64,000 nucleotides of DNA, from positions 32,001 through 96,000 of the IMG/VR virus record IMGVR_UViG_3300028048_000079. One strand, given 5' to 3'. The notes under the pieces are model-generated. The model was not told where the DNA came from. It searched no databases and saw only the letters and a list, made by a program, of their open reading frames with translations. Position numbers and translations under genes: made by a program. Shown piece after piece: positions 9,562-20,291 of the stretch (the stretch's first letter is position 1; every line of letters begins with the position of its first letter). Origin of the DNA: a virus. Taxonomy: Duplodnaviria > Caudoviricetes.

Positions 9562-12180
9562 AATCACGTGGCAACCTTCTGCTACATAACTAGTGCCTTC
9601 TCCTTCAGGATTGTTACTTGGGTCAAAGTCATAGAATTTTGGTCCGCTTGTTGTACTTGCACTACTTACAATAATATTGGCAGTACCTGCTTGGAAATTA
9701 GCATCTTTACAGTTAAGCAAGTATCTCTTGTCCTCACTACTGTTTCTGAATGTACCACCTGTGATGTTGATAGTACCTGTCTCACAGTAGATTAACTCAG
9801 GTGCATCACCATTACCTATGAAATTACCGCTTTGAATGTTGGCAGTTGCACTTGTGCTTGCTACCCAAAGGATTTTACCATTGCCATTGTTTACAATCTT
9901 GCTGTTTGTACCAGAACCCTTGATAGTGACAGTTTGTGAACCTCTTGCAAGAATACTTGCGAAATCACCGGTTGTATCAACTTCCAATGTGTGTTCATTA
10001 AGATTCAATGTTACATCATTCTTTGCCATCATACCAGGGCCAAATCTTCCTGTTTCAACGTCCTCGCTAAGTTTAACAGTACCGTTGTTATTCATAAGGG
10101 TGTTAAATGATTTCCCTTCACCAGGTAAATCATATGTTACTGCACCACCCATATCACCGACAATCTGTTTTAATGAATAAACTTCACTTTTCAATGATGC
10201 AATAGTAGCATCCTTCTCAGCAAGTTCATTGCCAATCTGTGTGTTAAGGTCTGATATGTTACCCTTTACGGCAATCTCATTGTATGGGTCAAGTGGAGTG
10301 CTTGCACCTACACCATAGTATGCGCCGTTTGGATTAACGTTAATACGTGTACCCTCGTTAGTGGCTTTGTTCTTTGAATAAATCTGAACACAGATACCAT
10401 TAGCATCACCATCATTTGTACCTACATAAGAGATTACATTTGCTGTGCTGTTATAGTATTGTGAGCCGCCGCCATCACTCTCATTAAAGATAAGTGCATA
10501 AGAACCGTTCTGCCCGGTAATTTTGCCCACAACAAATTTATTGTTGGTTTCAGCCTTTGTATAGTAGTTCTCAGGATTGAAAATGTCTGTCAACGGGATT
10601 GTAATATCTTCTTTGCCTGAATCAGAATTGAATGTGATAACAAGATTTCCATTCTCAATTTTCACCTCTGATACCATACCGTCCTTAATAAAGTCTGTTG
10701 CGTCAATTGAAGCCAAAACAGTGTCGCCATTCTTCAACTCAATAGCCTTGGTCTGTGAATTGTAGTCACCACTTGTAACATAAGATGACAAGTCCTGATG
10801 TTCTTTCAAGAAACCTTGTTCATTCACCCATGCCTCAGTTGCATAGCCTTCAAGACTTTGATGCTCAGTAAGATAATTTGCATCGTTCTCTAACTCAGAA
10901 ACCTTAGTTGGAATATCACTTTCCTTTGCCAATCCATCAACAGCAAGTGCAATATCGCCCTTAACTGCAAGTTCCTCTTCAGGCATCATAGTAGCAGAGC
11001 CGCCAACGCCGTAGAAAATACCATTAGGATTAACGTTCAAACGAGAACCTACATTATTGCTTACGTTCTTAGAATAAATCTGTGCACAAACGCCATCAGG
11101 CCCATCAGCATTAACGCCGACAAAAGTCTTAATACCGGCAATCTTGTTTTCAAACAATGCGCCACCACCATCTGACTCGTTCCACAACATTGCAACACTA
11201 TTATCGGCATTAGTGTACTTAGTCTGGAACCATCCATGTTCTACATCGTTTGGTTTAGACCAAATCTTCGAGAATACAGCATTTTTAACTGCATTATCGC
11301 CATCTTCTCTTTCAGCCTTAGTAGCAAACAATGTATCTGTTTCAGCCTTAGTATAATAGTTGGCAGGATTGAAAATTTCAGTCAAAGGGATTGAAATTGG
11401 TTCTTTACCAGAATCTGTATTGAATGTAATAACCAAATTACCATTCTCAACAACAACATTACTAACCATACCATCCTTGATAAAAGGAGTTGCATCAATT
11501 GTTGCAAGCACAGTATCATCGTGTTTGAACTCCATTTCCTTTGAAGTAGAATTGTAATCAACACCGTTGATATATGCTGAAAGGTCTTGGTGCTCAGTCA
11601 GATAACCTGCATCGTTATTGAAATCTGATACATTTTCCGGTTTGTTACTTAAGTCGTTATAACTTCCACTTGTTGCAACAGCAGCCAAATCAGCTGAATT
11701 AGCCTTTAACTCAAGTTCCTCCTTTGTTGCATAGTCTTCCAAAGACTGATGTTCGGTTAAGAATTTGGCATCAGCCTCATCTTTGGTATATACATCTGCC
11801 GACTTTGCATAAACTGAAAGAGCATCTTCTGTAACGAAATTAGCATCATTGTCCAACTCAGAAACCTTTGTAGGAACAGTAGGGATTTCGTCTTTTGTGG
11901 CGAATGTTGCCTTATCTTCCTCGTATGTTTCAGTATCAAGTTTCTTTGCTATTTCTGCGGCCAATTTTGCTTCGATTGATTCACTATTTTCTGCAATTTC
12001 ACCAAGTGTGTCCAATGCAGCAGGAGCACCATTGACAAGTTTATCTACAGCAGTCTGAATTGCTGTATTCATTTCTTTTTCGTCTACACCTCCAAAGTCA
12101 GGTGGGTTTATCATACCAGTACCACTATCCCCTGAATAGTCGTAAGCCCAAGGATTAATGTAATCTTTCTTATTATCCAT
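9499..12180 (-). CDS. Tail fibre/virion surface protein with an internal tandem duplication
   Basis: APAALDTLGEIA fibre motif; repeated YLTEHQ(S/D)L and PTKVSEL; duplicated IDATxFIKDGMVS...NESDGGG module; beta-rich C-terminus; TATTTAT box upstream. Confidence 0.7.
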   Translation of the reverse strand: MDNKKDYINPWAYDYSGDSGTGMINPPDFGGVDEKEMNTAIQTAVDKLVNGAPAALDTLGEIAENSESIEAKLAAEIAKKLDTETYEEDKATFATKDEIPTVPTKVSELDNDANFVTEDALSVYAKSADVYTKDEADAKFLTEHQSLEDYATKEELELKANSADLAAVATSGSYNDLSNKPENVSDFNNDAGYLTEHQDLSAYINGVDYNSTSKEMEFKHDDTVLATIDATPFIKDGMVSNVVVENGNLVITFNTDSGKEPISIPLTEIFNPANYYTKAETDTLFATKAEREDGDNAVKNAVFSKIWSKPNDVEHGWFQTKYTNADNSVAMLWNESDGGGALFENKIAGIKTFVGVNADGPDGVCAQIYSKNVSNNVGSRLNVNPNGIFYGVGGSATMMPEEELAVKGDIALAVDGLAKESDIPTKVSELENDANYLTEHQSLEGYATEAWVNEQGFLKEHQDLSSYVTSGDYNSQTKAIELKNGDTVLASIDATDFIKDGMVSEVKIENGNLVITFNSDSGKEDITIPLTDIFNPENYYTKAETNNKFVVGKITGQNGSYALIFNESDGGGSQYYNSTANVISYVGTNDGDANGICVQIYSKNKATNEGTRINVNPNGAYYGVGASTPLDPYNEIAVKGNISDLNTQIGNELAEKDATIASLKSEVYSLKQIVGDMGGAVTYDLPGEGKSFNTLMNNNGTVKLSEDVETGRFGPGMMAKNDVTLNLNEHTLEVDTTGDFASILARGSQTVTIKGSGTNSKIVNNGNGKILWVASTSATANIQSGNFIGNGDAPELIYCETGTINITGGTFRNSSEDKRYLLNCKDANFQAGTANIIVSSASTTSGPKFYDFDPSNNPEGEGTSYVAEGCHVISSVVTEDGVNYTVYTVVKDA

Positions 12181-12255
12181 TTTTATAAAACGTTTATTTA
12201 CAATAAATAGATAAGCACAAACAAAAAAAGACAGCGAAAAACGCTGCCCTTGTAA

Positions 12256-12666
12256 CTATCTTCTACCAAAACGATGGCCACCACTTGGTCTTTGGCCACC
12301 CCCTATATTTGGCCTTTGAATTTGTTGGCGATTGCCAAAATTGTGCGGCCTTGCTGAAGGTGGCCTGTGAATGGCTGTTCTGGGTCTATGGTGAGATGGC
12401 TGAAAGCGATGCCTTGGCGAAGGCAATGGGCGATGATACCTATGGTAATATGTTCTACCATTCAACACATATGGATAATAATAGAAATTATTATAATTGT
12501 AATAAACCAAAACACCATTATAAAAATAAGGTGTGCCGTATGTTATTATCATTTTAGTGTCATCGTTTCCTATTTCAATCTCTTGGGCATATGCGACTGT
12601 TACACAAGAACTTAGTGTAAATAATGTAACAATACCGATAATCAATGTTAAATTAATCTTCCTCAT
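12256..12666 (-). CDS. Putative lipoprotein with a Tyr-rich region and a Pro/Arg/Gly-rich tail
   Basis: Signal peptide ending in LSSC lipobox; own Bacteroidota-type promoter near 12695. Confidence 0.65.
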   Translation of the reverse strand: MRKINLTLIIGIVTLFTLSSCVTVAYAQEIEIGNDDTKMIITYGTPYFYNGVLVYYNYNNFYYYPYVLNGRTYYHRYHRPLPSPRHRFQPSHHRPRTAIHRPPSARPHNFGNRQQIQRPNIGGGQRPSGGHRFGRR

Positions 12667-12978
12667 TTTCTTACTATTTTTGTTAATAACTATTGCAAAA
12701 GTACTACAAAAAATGATATTTACAAGCCCAAAAGTATGATTTAGGGTTTTCCTCTTTAAACTTTAGGAATTTCCCTAAAACAATAGGGAAAAGCAAAAAT
12801 GGCTTCCTTGGTTGGAAGCCTTTTCAATTTTGCCTAATTCTTTTAAAACCTTTTTAGATATCGTTCGGTTGATGATATTTTATAGCCACATCCACCATTC
12901 CAAAAACGTATCATATGCTCTTTTGACATACTCTCGTCCCATAAAGGTAGTGTGCTTTCTTGTTTTTTTTTCGTAACG

Positions 12979-13356
12979 TCACGTTATAAAGTTGACGGAT
13001 AGCAATCCATTCTTTGTCAGTCTTCCAGAATACCAATCCTTGATAATCTGTTTAAGGAATTTCTTCCTATCTTCATCATCTGTTATGATTGCATGGAATT
13101 TATCATCAAGCAATAACAGAAATTCTTTCAATGACATTGTTTTTAACGGTTGCCCATTACTAAGCATATTCACCATTTTGTCCTTTATAGGATAACCATT
13201 AGCATCTATGTCATCTATCTGAACCGGTGCAAAATTCTTATCAAGATAATTCTTCACCAAGAGCACCTTTTCTGTGCTTGGAGAAAATGCTTCAGTAAGA
13301 ATATCACCAATAATCTCACGTTCAGTTTCTTCGTTTATTAATATCTTTTTTGCCAT
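12979..13356 (-). CDS. Hypothetical late/virion-internal protein
   Basis: MAKKILINEE...ILTEA leader; TATTTAT box at 13371-13378. Confidence 0.6.
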   Translation of the reverse strand: MAKKILINEETEREIIGDILTEAFSPSTEKVLLVKNYLDKNFAPVQIDDIDANGYPIKDKMVNMLSNGQPLKTMSLKEFLLLLDDKFHAIITDDEDRKKFLKQIIKDWYSGRLTKNGLLSVNFIT

Positions 13357-13415
13357 ACTGCACATATATTATAAATATCTTTACAACGAAATCAGTGCAA
13401 AGATACTATTTTTAT

Positions 13416-15842
13416 TTATTTTTCCAAATTTCCAAGACCAATATTTTCTACCTCAAATACAAATCCTTCACTTGGCTGTTTGTCTATTATATAATCTGTT
13501 ATTTTATCCTCAAATTCATGTTGTATTGCATGTAATACAGGTCTTGCACCGTAATCAGATTTTTCTTTTACCTTATCAAATATATAGTTAATTGTGGCAT
13601 CTGCATCGAAACTTTCTCCTAAAACATAATTTAATGAATTAACTTTCTTTCGGAATTTACCTATTTCCAGTTTGATTATTTCTTTGATGTTTTCTTCAGT
13701 AAGTTTATTGAAATAAATGATACTGTCTATACGATTAATAAACTCAGGTCTGAATTTATTCTTCATTGCCTTGTTAATTGCATCTCTATTGTTAGCATCA
13801 TTATTTTGTACAAATCCGATACCCTTTCCTCTATTACTGATTTCTTTTGCACCAACATTTGATGTCATGATGACAATAACATTGGAAAAATCTACAATAT
13901 TTCCCATGTTATCTGTGAGTCTACCTTCATCAAACAATTGTAAGAATACATTATGCACATCATCGTCTGCTTTTTCCATTTCATCAAGAAGTAATACACA
14001 GTGATTGTTCTTCTTGATAGCCTCAGTCAGAATACCACCCTTATCATAGCCAATATAGCCGGGAGATGAACCTGTTAATTTACTGACAGTCATCTTGTCT
14101 GAATATTCACTCATATCAAGTCTTACCATAGATTTTTCATCACCAAATACTTCCTCGGCAAGTTTCTTTGCCAAATAAGTTTTGCCACTTCCTGTAGTTC
14201 CGCTAAAAAACAGTACAGCAGGACGGTTATTATTGGCAATACCAATTCTTTGTCTTTTTACTACACGGCAAACCTCATCTACGGCTTCCTCTTGGCCGAT
14301 AACCAAAGATTTCAACTTTGAATTAAGCATTTTCAACTTGTCACGTTCATTCTCATTGAGTTTCGTAACAGGTATGTTAGTTTTAACTGAAATCAATTCC
14401 CTAACATCATCCTCATCAACCACAATAGGTTTATTGTTAAGCATTAGGTCTTTTTCAATCAATTGAATTTGTGACTTTAATTCAATTTCCCTTGATTTAA
14501 GTTTATCATATACATTTGTATATTGTTTTTCACTTGAACTATTAAGCCCTTTAAGTTTTTCTGTTACATCATGCAAGTCCTTCTTGTATTCAGTAATACG
14601 TGGGTCTTCAGCCTTTGAAATGCCTTTCTTTGCACCGAGTTCATCAATAATATCAATAGCATAATCAGGAAGATTTGCCGTTTTTACATATTGTTTGGTA
14701 AGTTTCACACAGGTTTCAATTGCAGCGTCGGTAAATTCAACATTGTGATACTTCTCATATTTAACCTTGCACAACTTCATAATCTCAATGATTTCCTCAT
14801 CAGTCTTCTCTTTCAGTTCAACCTTTTGGAAACGTCTTTTCATGGACGGTCTTCCAAGTATATAGGTATTATATGACTTCTTATCCATTGTGCATATGAA
14901 TTTGATGTTACGTTCCATCAATATCATATCCAACATATTTTCGGTATTAACCTCGCCAAATTTACTGCTTTCAGATAAAATGGACTGAAGGTCATCCACG
15001 AAGAAAATATATCCGTCTTTTTTCACTGCATCAGCAACTATTGCATTGAATTTTGCCTCAAAATTTCCCCTTAATGCGGCACCGGAAACCAATGCCATAA
15101 AATCCATCTTCATCAGTTTCTTATTTTTGAAAGCATCGGGCACTTTTTCGTTAATAATCAGATTGGCAATATGTGCAACTGTTGCTGTTTTTCCAATTCC
15201 GGAATCCCCAACAACCACAACATTGTTACGGTCACGTTTTGATAATATATTAAAAATAGTATTGATTGCTTCATCATTGCCGATAACCTCATCAATTTTA
15301 CCATTTGCTGCCAAATCATTCATATTAATAAGTAAGTCCTCTACTGGCCCCTTTAATATTTGTGGCTGTTGCATACGATTTTTCTTTGATTTACCTATTT
15401 TGGCATCTGATGGAAGTACCGCATCCAAATTAGTAAGCAACTGTTCATATGTTATACCAATTTGTTTGAACTGTTTGGCGATGTTTTCATTTAACTTCAA
15501 AATAGACATCAGCACATGGGCTGATGCAAGTCTTGTAACATTAAACTCTTTGGCTGCACTTTCAATAGCCTTATCATATATTGAGTCATGCTCCACCTTA
15601 TCGATGGTTTTTGGTGCATCTGTCTTTGAAAGAACCTGTACAAACCATTCCTGCATAGATGTGAGCGTACTTGTCAATGTTGCCTTTGAAAGCAATTGAT
15701 AAGCAGATGAATCTTCATTTTCAAGTACAGAGAGAAAAAAATACTCAATAACAATCTTATTTGTTGGATATTTCTTTACTAAGTTATTTTCAATATATTG
15801 AAATATGTTAACCGCTTCGTTTGTAAAATTGGCTTTAAACAT
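13416..15842 (-). CDS. ClpC/ClpA-type two-ring Clp ATPase
   Basis: Two Walker A motifs (GDSGIGKT, GTTGSGKT), RLDMSEYS, PGYIGY, LLLDEMEK, GIGF ClpP-docking loop, middle coiled coil. Confidence 0.9.
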   Translation of the reverse strand: MFKANFTNEAVNIFQYIENNLVKKYPTNKIVIEYFFLSVLENEDSSAYQLLSKATLTSTLTSMQEWFVQVLSKTDAPKTIDKVEHDSIYDKAIESAAKEFNVTRLASAHVLMSILKLNENIAKQFKQIGITYEQLLTNLDAVLPSDAKIGKSKKNRMQQPQILKGPVEDLLINMNDLAANGKIDEVIGNDEAINTIFNILSKRDRNNVVVVGDSGIGKTATVAHIANLIINEKVPDAFKNKKLMKMDFMALVSGAALRGNFEAKFNAIVADAVKKDGYIFFVDDLQSILSESSKFGEVNTENMLDMILMERNIKFICTMDKKSYNTYILGRPSMKRRFQKVELKEKTDEEIIEIMKLCKVKYEKYHNVEFTDAAIETCVKLTKQYVKTANLPDYAIDIIDELGAKKGISKAEDPRITEYKKDLHDVTEKLKGLNSSSEKQYTNVYDKLKSREIELKSQIQLIEKDLMLNNKPIVVDEDDVRELISVKTNIPVTKLNENERDKLKMLNSKLKSLVIGQEEAVDEVCRVVKRQRIGIANNNRPAVLFFSGTTGSGKTYLAKKLAEEVFGDEKSMVRLDMSEYSDKMTVSKLTGSSPGYIGYDKGGILTEAIKKNNHCVLLLDEMEKADDDVHNVFLQLFDEGRLTDNMGNIVDFSNVIVIMTSNVGAKEISNRGKGIGFVQNNDANNRDAINKAMKNKFRPEFINRIDSIIYFNKLTEENIKEIIKLEIGKFRKKVNSLNYVLGESFDADATINYIFDKVKEKSDYGARPVLHAIQHEFEDKITDYIIDKQPSEGFVFEVENIGLGNLEK

Positions 15843-15959
15843 CAGTAATTTTCAAAATTTATTATGAATATAATAGTCTTTTACATTTTTTTCAATGATA
15901 TATTTGGCTATTTCATGCAAAAATAGTATCTTTGCACCGTAAAAATAAAACAAAAACAT

Positions 15960-16481
15960 ATGGCAATAGTTTATAATAAGTACGTTAACAACAGAGACCA
16001 CACGTGGTATGATAGCAGCAATGTGCTGTACAGTGTCTGTTATGACACTAATGCAGAGAAGAAATCTCTAAAGGTTGTCTTTAAACAAGGCAGAACATAC
16101 CTTTATAAGGACGTAGATGTAAAGGATTATCTGTTATTCAGAAATGCAGAGTCTCATGGCAAATCAGTAAATGAGTTTATTGTCAAGAAATATAAGGGTG
16201 TCAGACTTTCTGATACATCACAAGAGGCTCTTGACGAACTCAAAGAGGAATTTATCAATGAAAACAAAGTTACTGAGGAAGCATTCACAAATCTTGCATA
16301 TCATTTAGAGATTAATAGTGAAACAAAAGAGTTCCGTCTTAAACTGAATGATAAAACAATTTACGAAGGAGTTGAGAACCAAGTATCAATTACAAGGTTG
16401 CTTAAATCAATGAATATTAACTATTCCTATTCAGAAATGGAAGGAAAAATAACAACAGAAGAGGATTTCGAAAATGAGTAA
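15960..16481 (+). CDS. KTSC-domain protein
   Basis: DSSNV...YD...LKVVFKQGRTYLYKDV...AESHGK pattern. Confidence 0.7.
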   Translation: MAIVYNKYVNNRDHTWYDSSNVLYSVCYDTNAEKKSLKVVFKQGRTYLYKDVDVKDYLLFRNAESHGKSVNEFIVKKYKGVRLSDTSQEALDELKEEFINENKVTEEAFTNLAYHLEINSETKEFRLKLNDKTIYEGVENQVSITRLLKSMNINYSYSEMEGKITTEEDFENE

Positions 16482-17838
16482 ATTAATTTTAGGTGCTATC
16501 GGTGGTGACATGATTGGTCGCCCTTATGAGTTTCACCCTATTAAAACAACGGAGTTCCCATTGTTCATAAACAATTCTAATTTTACTGATGATACAGTAA
16601 TGACTGTGGCTAATATGGCTTGGCTATTGGACTATGAGAAAAATGACCTTGTTGATATTATGCATTATTTGGGAAATATCTATTCCGATGTTGGATATGG
16701 ACAATGGTTTCACAAATGGCTTATTGCACGTAACAGATTACCATTTTTTTCATATGGAAATGGTTCGGCAATGCGCTGTAGCCCTGTTGGGTGGATGTTT
16801 GATACAATTGAAGAAACATTAGATTATGCCAAAAAGAGTGCGGAGGTAACTCATAATCACCCAGAAGGTATTAAAGGTGCACAAGCAGTAGCATCGGCAA
16901 TATTCTTTGCCCGTCAAAACAAAAGCAAGGAGTTTATTAAAGAATATATAACAAAGAATTTCGGTTATAATCTTGATAGGACAACTGACGAAATAAGACC
17001 AACTTATAAGTTTGATGTTACTTGCCAAGGTTCAGTTCCTGAAGCAATTATCTGTTTCCTTGAAGGTGATGACTATGAGTCAACCGTAAGGCTTGCAGTT
17101 TCACTCGGCGGTGATGCTGATACACAAGGTGCAATTGCTGGGTCAATAGCAGAAGCTTATTATGGTATACCTGAAAAAATACAGAAAGAAATTATTAAAC
17201 GTCTGCCAAAAATGCTTCTAAAAACAGTTGAAGCGTTCTCAGAAAATGCATTTAATCAGAACAATCAACTTTCTGTAACAGTCACACAGGAAACATCTTG
17301 GAAACGTGCATTAAATGCAGCAAGACGTACAATTGGTAAAGAGCCTATTGACAAAGAGCCGTCAGATACTTGGAAAGCGAAAGTATTACTTGCAGAACAT
17401 TCTCCTATTAAATTAGTTGAATATCTTATTTTATTTAAAAGCCTAAGACAATGGGTTGGTGTCCATTTACTAAGACATGAGCATACCCTACCTTTCATTC
17501 ATTCCCAACGTGAAGATAGAAGAAAACTTAATTGTTCAAGGGATGAATTGCCACAAGGCACTCCAAATGACCAAGACTTTGTAGTAAATGCACAAACCTT
17601 AAAGAACATATCTCGTAAGAGGCTATGCACATGTGCTTCAAAGGAAACAAGAGAAGCATGGCAGATGGTTAAGGATAAAATTAGGGAGTTTGACCCTGTA
17701 ATGGCAGATAAGATGGTAAGAAACTGTGTTTACTGTGGTTTTTGCCCGGAACTTAAATGCTGTGGATATGTTAATACTGAAAACTACCAAATAGAACTTG
17801 AAAAATATCGTAAAACTGATTATGACGAAAAAACATAA
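16474..17838 (+). CDS. ADP-ribosylglycohydrolase (DraG/ARH) fused to a ThyX-like domain
   Basis: N-terminal GAIGGD, FTDDT, GNGSAMR, THNHPEG, GGDADT; C-terminal AEHSPI...HLLRH...SQREDR...RLC. Confidence 0.8.
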   Translation: MSKLILGAIGGDMIGRPYEFHPIKTTEFPLFINNSNFTDDTVMTVANMAWLLDYEKNDLVDIMHYLGNIYSDVGYGQWFHKWLIARNRLPFFSYGNGSAMRCSPVGWMFDTIEETLDYAKKSAEVTHNHPEGIKGAQAVASAIFFARQNKSKEFIKEYITKNFGYNLDRTTDEIRPTYKFDVTCQGSVPEAIICFLEGDDYESTVRLAVSLGGDADTQGAIAGSIAEAYYGIPEKIQKEIIKRLPKMLLKTVEAFSENAFNQNNQLSVTVTQETSWKRALNAARRTIGKEPIDKEPSDTWKAKVLLAEHSPIKLVEYLILFKSLRQWVGVHLLRHEHTLPFIHSQREDRRKLNCSRDELPQGTPNDQDFVVNAQTLKNISRKRLCTCASKETREAWQMVKDKIREFDPVMADKMVRNCVYCGFCPELKCCGYVNTENYQIELEKYRKTDYDEKT

Positions 17839-18454
17839 ATGTTCCAAATGTGGTAAAATGGCTACTTGGTACTACTTACCTTCAACACGTGGACGGTCAT
17901 TCTTCTGTGATGACTGTGTTCCACGTGGTTGCACTTGCAATATTGATAATATTGAAGAAATGCCGAGCATATTCAATATGGAAAATGTAAGGTGGTGGCC
18001 AAAACATATTCTTGAAAAGTGCTTGGCTGAAAAGGGAGACCCAATGTTATGTTGTACCAATGAACGTCAAGCAGACTCTTTTTACTATGAGGTTCTTGAC
18101 GAATTAAATAGAAGAGAACCATGTGTAGAATTTGAGTATTCAGAAAGCGGCTTTGAATTTGAAAGCAATTTCTATGTTGTCGACAGAGCAGATGTTCTAG
18201 AAGTATTTGCCAAAGTGATATATCATCACCCTCAAGTAACTCAAAAAATGATAGGGAAGATGGATGAAGTTATAATGTCTTATCGTGATATACACATCAT
18301 ACCATACAATGAGTTTATGACTAAAATATCTGAATGTTGTAGACCATACATTATGAGAACAATGTTAGAAAGTGATAAAATAAATCTGAGATGCTACAAC
18401 TCATTCAGAAGCCAACTATACGAAAAGAAATTTAATATCTTATCAGAAGAATAA
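17822..18454 (+). CDS. Cys-rich zinc-finger hypothetical protein
   Basis: CSKCGKMATWYY...CDDCVPRGCTC; start refined to ATG 17822. Confidence 0.6.
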   Translation: MTKKHKCSKCGKMATWYYLPSTRGRSFFCDDCVPRGCTCNIDNIEEMPSIFNMENVRWWPKHILEKCLAEKGDPMLCCTNERQADSFYYEVLDELNRREPCVEFEYSESGFEFESNFYVVDRADVLEVFAKVIYHHPQVTQKMIGKMDEVIMSYRDIHIIPYNEFMTKISECCRPYIMRTMLESDKINLRCYNSFRSQLYEKKFNILSEE

Positions 18455-20265
18455 TGCCAAAAAAGAAAACAATAGATTTCGGCTTTACGCCATCACCATA
18501 TCAAGAAAAGATTTTCGACTTCATACAGTATGGAGTTGGAAATGCTGTTATATCAGCAGCAGCTGGTGCAGCCAAAACCACTACGGCTGTTTCTGCAATG
18601 AAACTAATCCCAAAATCCAAGAAGTGCCTTTTCATTGCTTTTAATAAAAGTATTGTAGAAGAACTTAATAGAAAACTTGAAGGCTATGATAATTGCACAG
18701 TAAAAACAATTCACAGTTTAGGATATCTTATAGTTAGAAGAAATCTAGGAAGTAATATTGATATTGATGAGTACAAATACCGCACATATCTCAAAAGCAA
18801 TATTACAGAACTGACCTCTATTGATAATGGTATATTCATGACACATCAGATGATAGAGGAATATATTGAGAGTATCACTAAACTGATTGATTATTCAAGG
18901 TTTAACCTTGCACAGTCAGTTAAGGAAATAGAACAAGTGGCTATTAGATATGATATACCTGTTTCCTTTGATGAATGTGAAGTTGCGTTGAAATGTTTGA
19001 AATGGGGCAAGGAAAACTATCAGACAATAGATTATACTGATATGGTATGGCTTCCTTATGAACTATCACTTAAACCATCAGGATTACAATTTGATTGGAT
19101 ATTCTTTGATGAAGCACAGGATGCAAGCCAAATGGCAGTTGAATTATTCTTAAGATGTTTCAAAAGAGGCACAAGGTTCTTCTGCGTAGGTGATAAAAAC
19201 CAAAGTATTAATTATTTCTGCGGAAGTTCCCCAGAAGCCTTTGATTATATGTGCAATTACCCGAATACAACAATTTTTGAATTGCCGGTTTCATATAGAT
19301 GTGCTAAGAATATTACTCTATATGCTAATAATATAGTACCTGGAATGCAATATAGAGAAAATGCTCCGGATGGCTTTGTTGTTGAAAATTGTCACATTAA
19401 CGAAATAAAAGACGGTGATATGGTACTTGCACGTTCAAAAGCACCATTGCTTAAACTATATGTTAAACTTTTACGACGTGGTGTTAATTGTTATATTAAA
19501 GGCCAAGACATTGGTGCCAATCTAATAGATTTACTTGAAAAGATTGAATACGATGACCTCAATGCAGATTTAAATAAGGACGGTGTATTTGTAAGGCTTT
19601 ATGACAGAATGTTCAATGAGCGTAACAAACTTATGGAAAAACGTGGACTTGATATGAATGATGCTACATTGTCAATGAATATCATGGAAATGTATGACAC
19701 TATAAATGCATTAATTATCCTTGCAGAACAATATAAGACCAAGGATGAACTCATTGAGCATATAAGAAGAATTTTCAAAGATGATGCCAAAGGTGTATGC
19801 CTTTCAACAGTTCATAAAGCCAAAGGTCTTGAAGCAGAAAACGTCTATATACTTTGTCATTCAATGATGCCATCAAGACTTGCACATCATGATTGGGAGA
19901 AACAGCAAGAAAGAAATCTGCAATATGTTGCCTATACAAGGCCTAAAAATAAATTAGGATTTGTTTCAGAAAAGGAAATACCACCAACCGGCAGTTCAGC
20001 AGAGCCTTCTGAAATATTAACAGAATTAACTTATATCGAAAATAAAGTTTGTAGGGTTTTAGGCAAAGAACCAATGAAACCTATGAATAATGCTGAAATG
20101 GCAAAATTCAATTTGAGGAATGCAACAGAAATTGGTGATTTACATGAAAAGGATAATTGTATAGATGTTTCTAAAAATACATTTGAAGATAATGCATCAT
20201 TCGAAACAACAGATACTGCACTTCTTGATGAGCTAATGTCATTTATAACAAAAGAAAAAAGTTGA
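18454..20265 (+). CDS. UvrD/Rep-family (SF1) helicase
   Basis: AAAGAAKT (variant Walker A), FFDEAQD, GDKNQSI, SYRC, STVHKAKGLEA, YVAYTR. Confidence 0.9.
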   Translation: MPKKKTIDFGFTPSPYQEKIFDFIQYGVGNAVISAAAGAAKTTTAVSAMKLIPKSKKCLFIAFNKSIVEELNRKLEGYDNCTVKTIHSLGYLIVRRNLGSNIDIDEYKYRTYLKSNITELTSIDNGIFMTHQMIEEYIESITKLIDYSRFNLAQSVKEIEQVAIRYDIPVSFDECEVALKCLKWGKENYQTIDYTDMVWLPYELSLKPSGLQFDWIFFDEAQDASQMAVELFLRCFKRGTRFFCVGDKNQSINYFCGSSPEAFDYMCNYPNTTIFELPVSYRCAKNITLYANNIVPGMQYRENAPDGFVVENCHINEIKDGDMVLARSKAPLLKLYVKLLRRGVNCYIKGQDIGANLIDLLEKIEYDDLNADLNKDGVFVRLYDRMFNERNKLMEKRGLDMNDATLSMNIMEMYDTINALIILAEQYKTKDELIEHIRRIFKDDAKGVCLSTVHKAKGLEAENVYILCHSMMPSRLAHHDWEKQQERNLQYVAYTRPKNKLGFVSEKEIPPTGSSAEPSEILTELTYIENKVCRVLGKEPMKPMNNAEMAKFNLRNATEIGDLHEKDNCIDVSKNTFEDNASFETTDTALLDELMSFITKEKS

Positions 20266-20284
20266 GATTAATTTCTCAACTTTT
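20257..20284. terminator. Bidirectional intrinsic terminator between convergent genes
   Basis: AAAAGTTGAGA-ttaatt-TCTCAACTTTT. Confidence 0.75.
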
Positions 20285-20291
20285 ATAATGA

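Noticed and set aside
12740-12792. TAGGG/TTCCCT repeats upstream of the 12666 promoter
   Set aside because: Short, imperfect and seen at only one locus; this may be an operator but I cannot support it.
238-15699. Many 60-220 aa opposite-strand ORFs in the track (for example 578..985, 3810..4121, 15046..15699)
   Set aside because: They are antisense shadows of well-supported genes, with Ser/Phe/Ile-biased composition.
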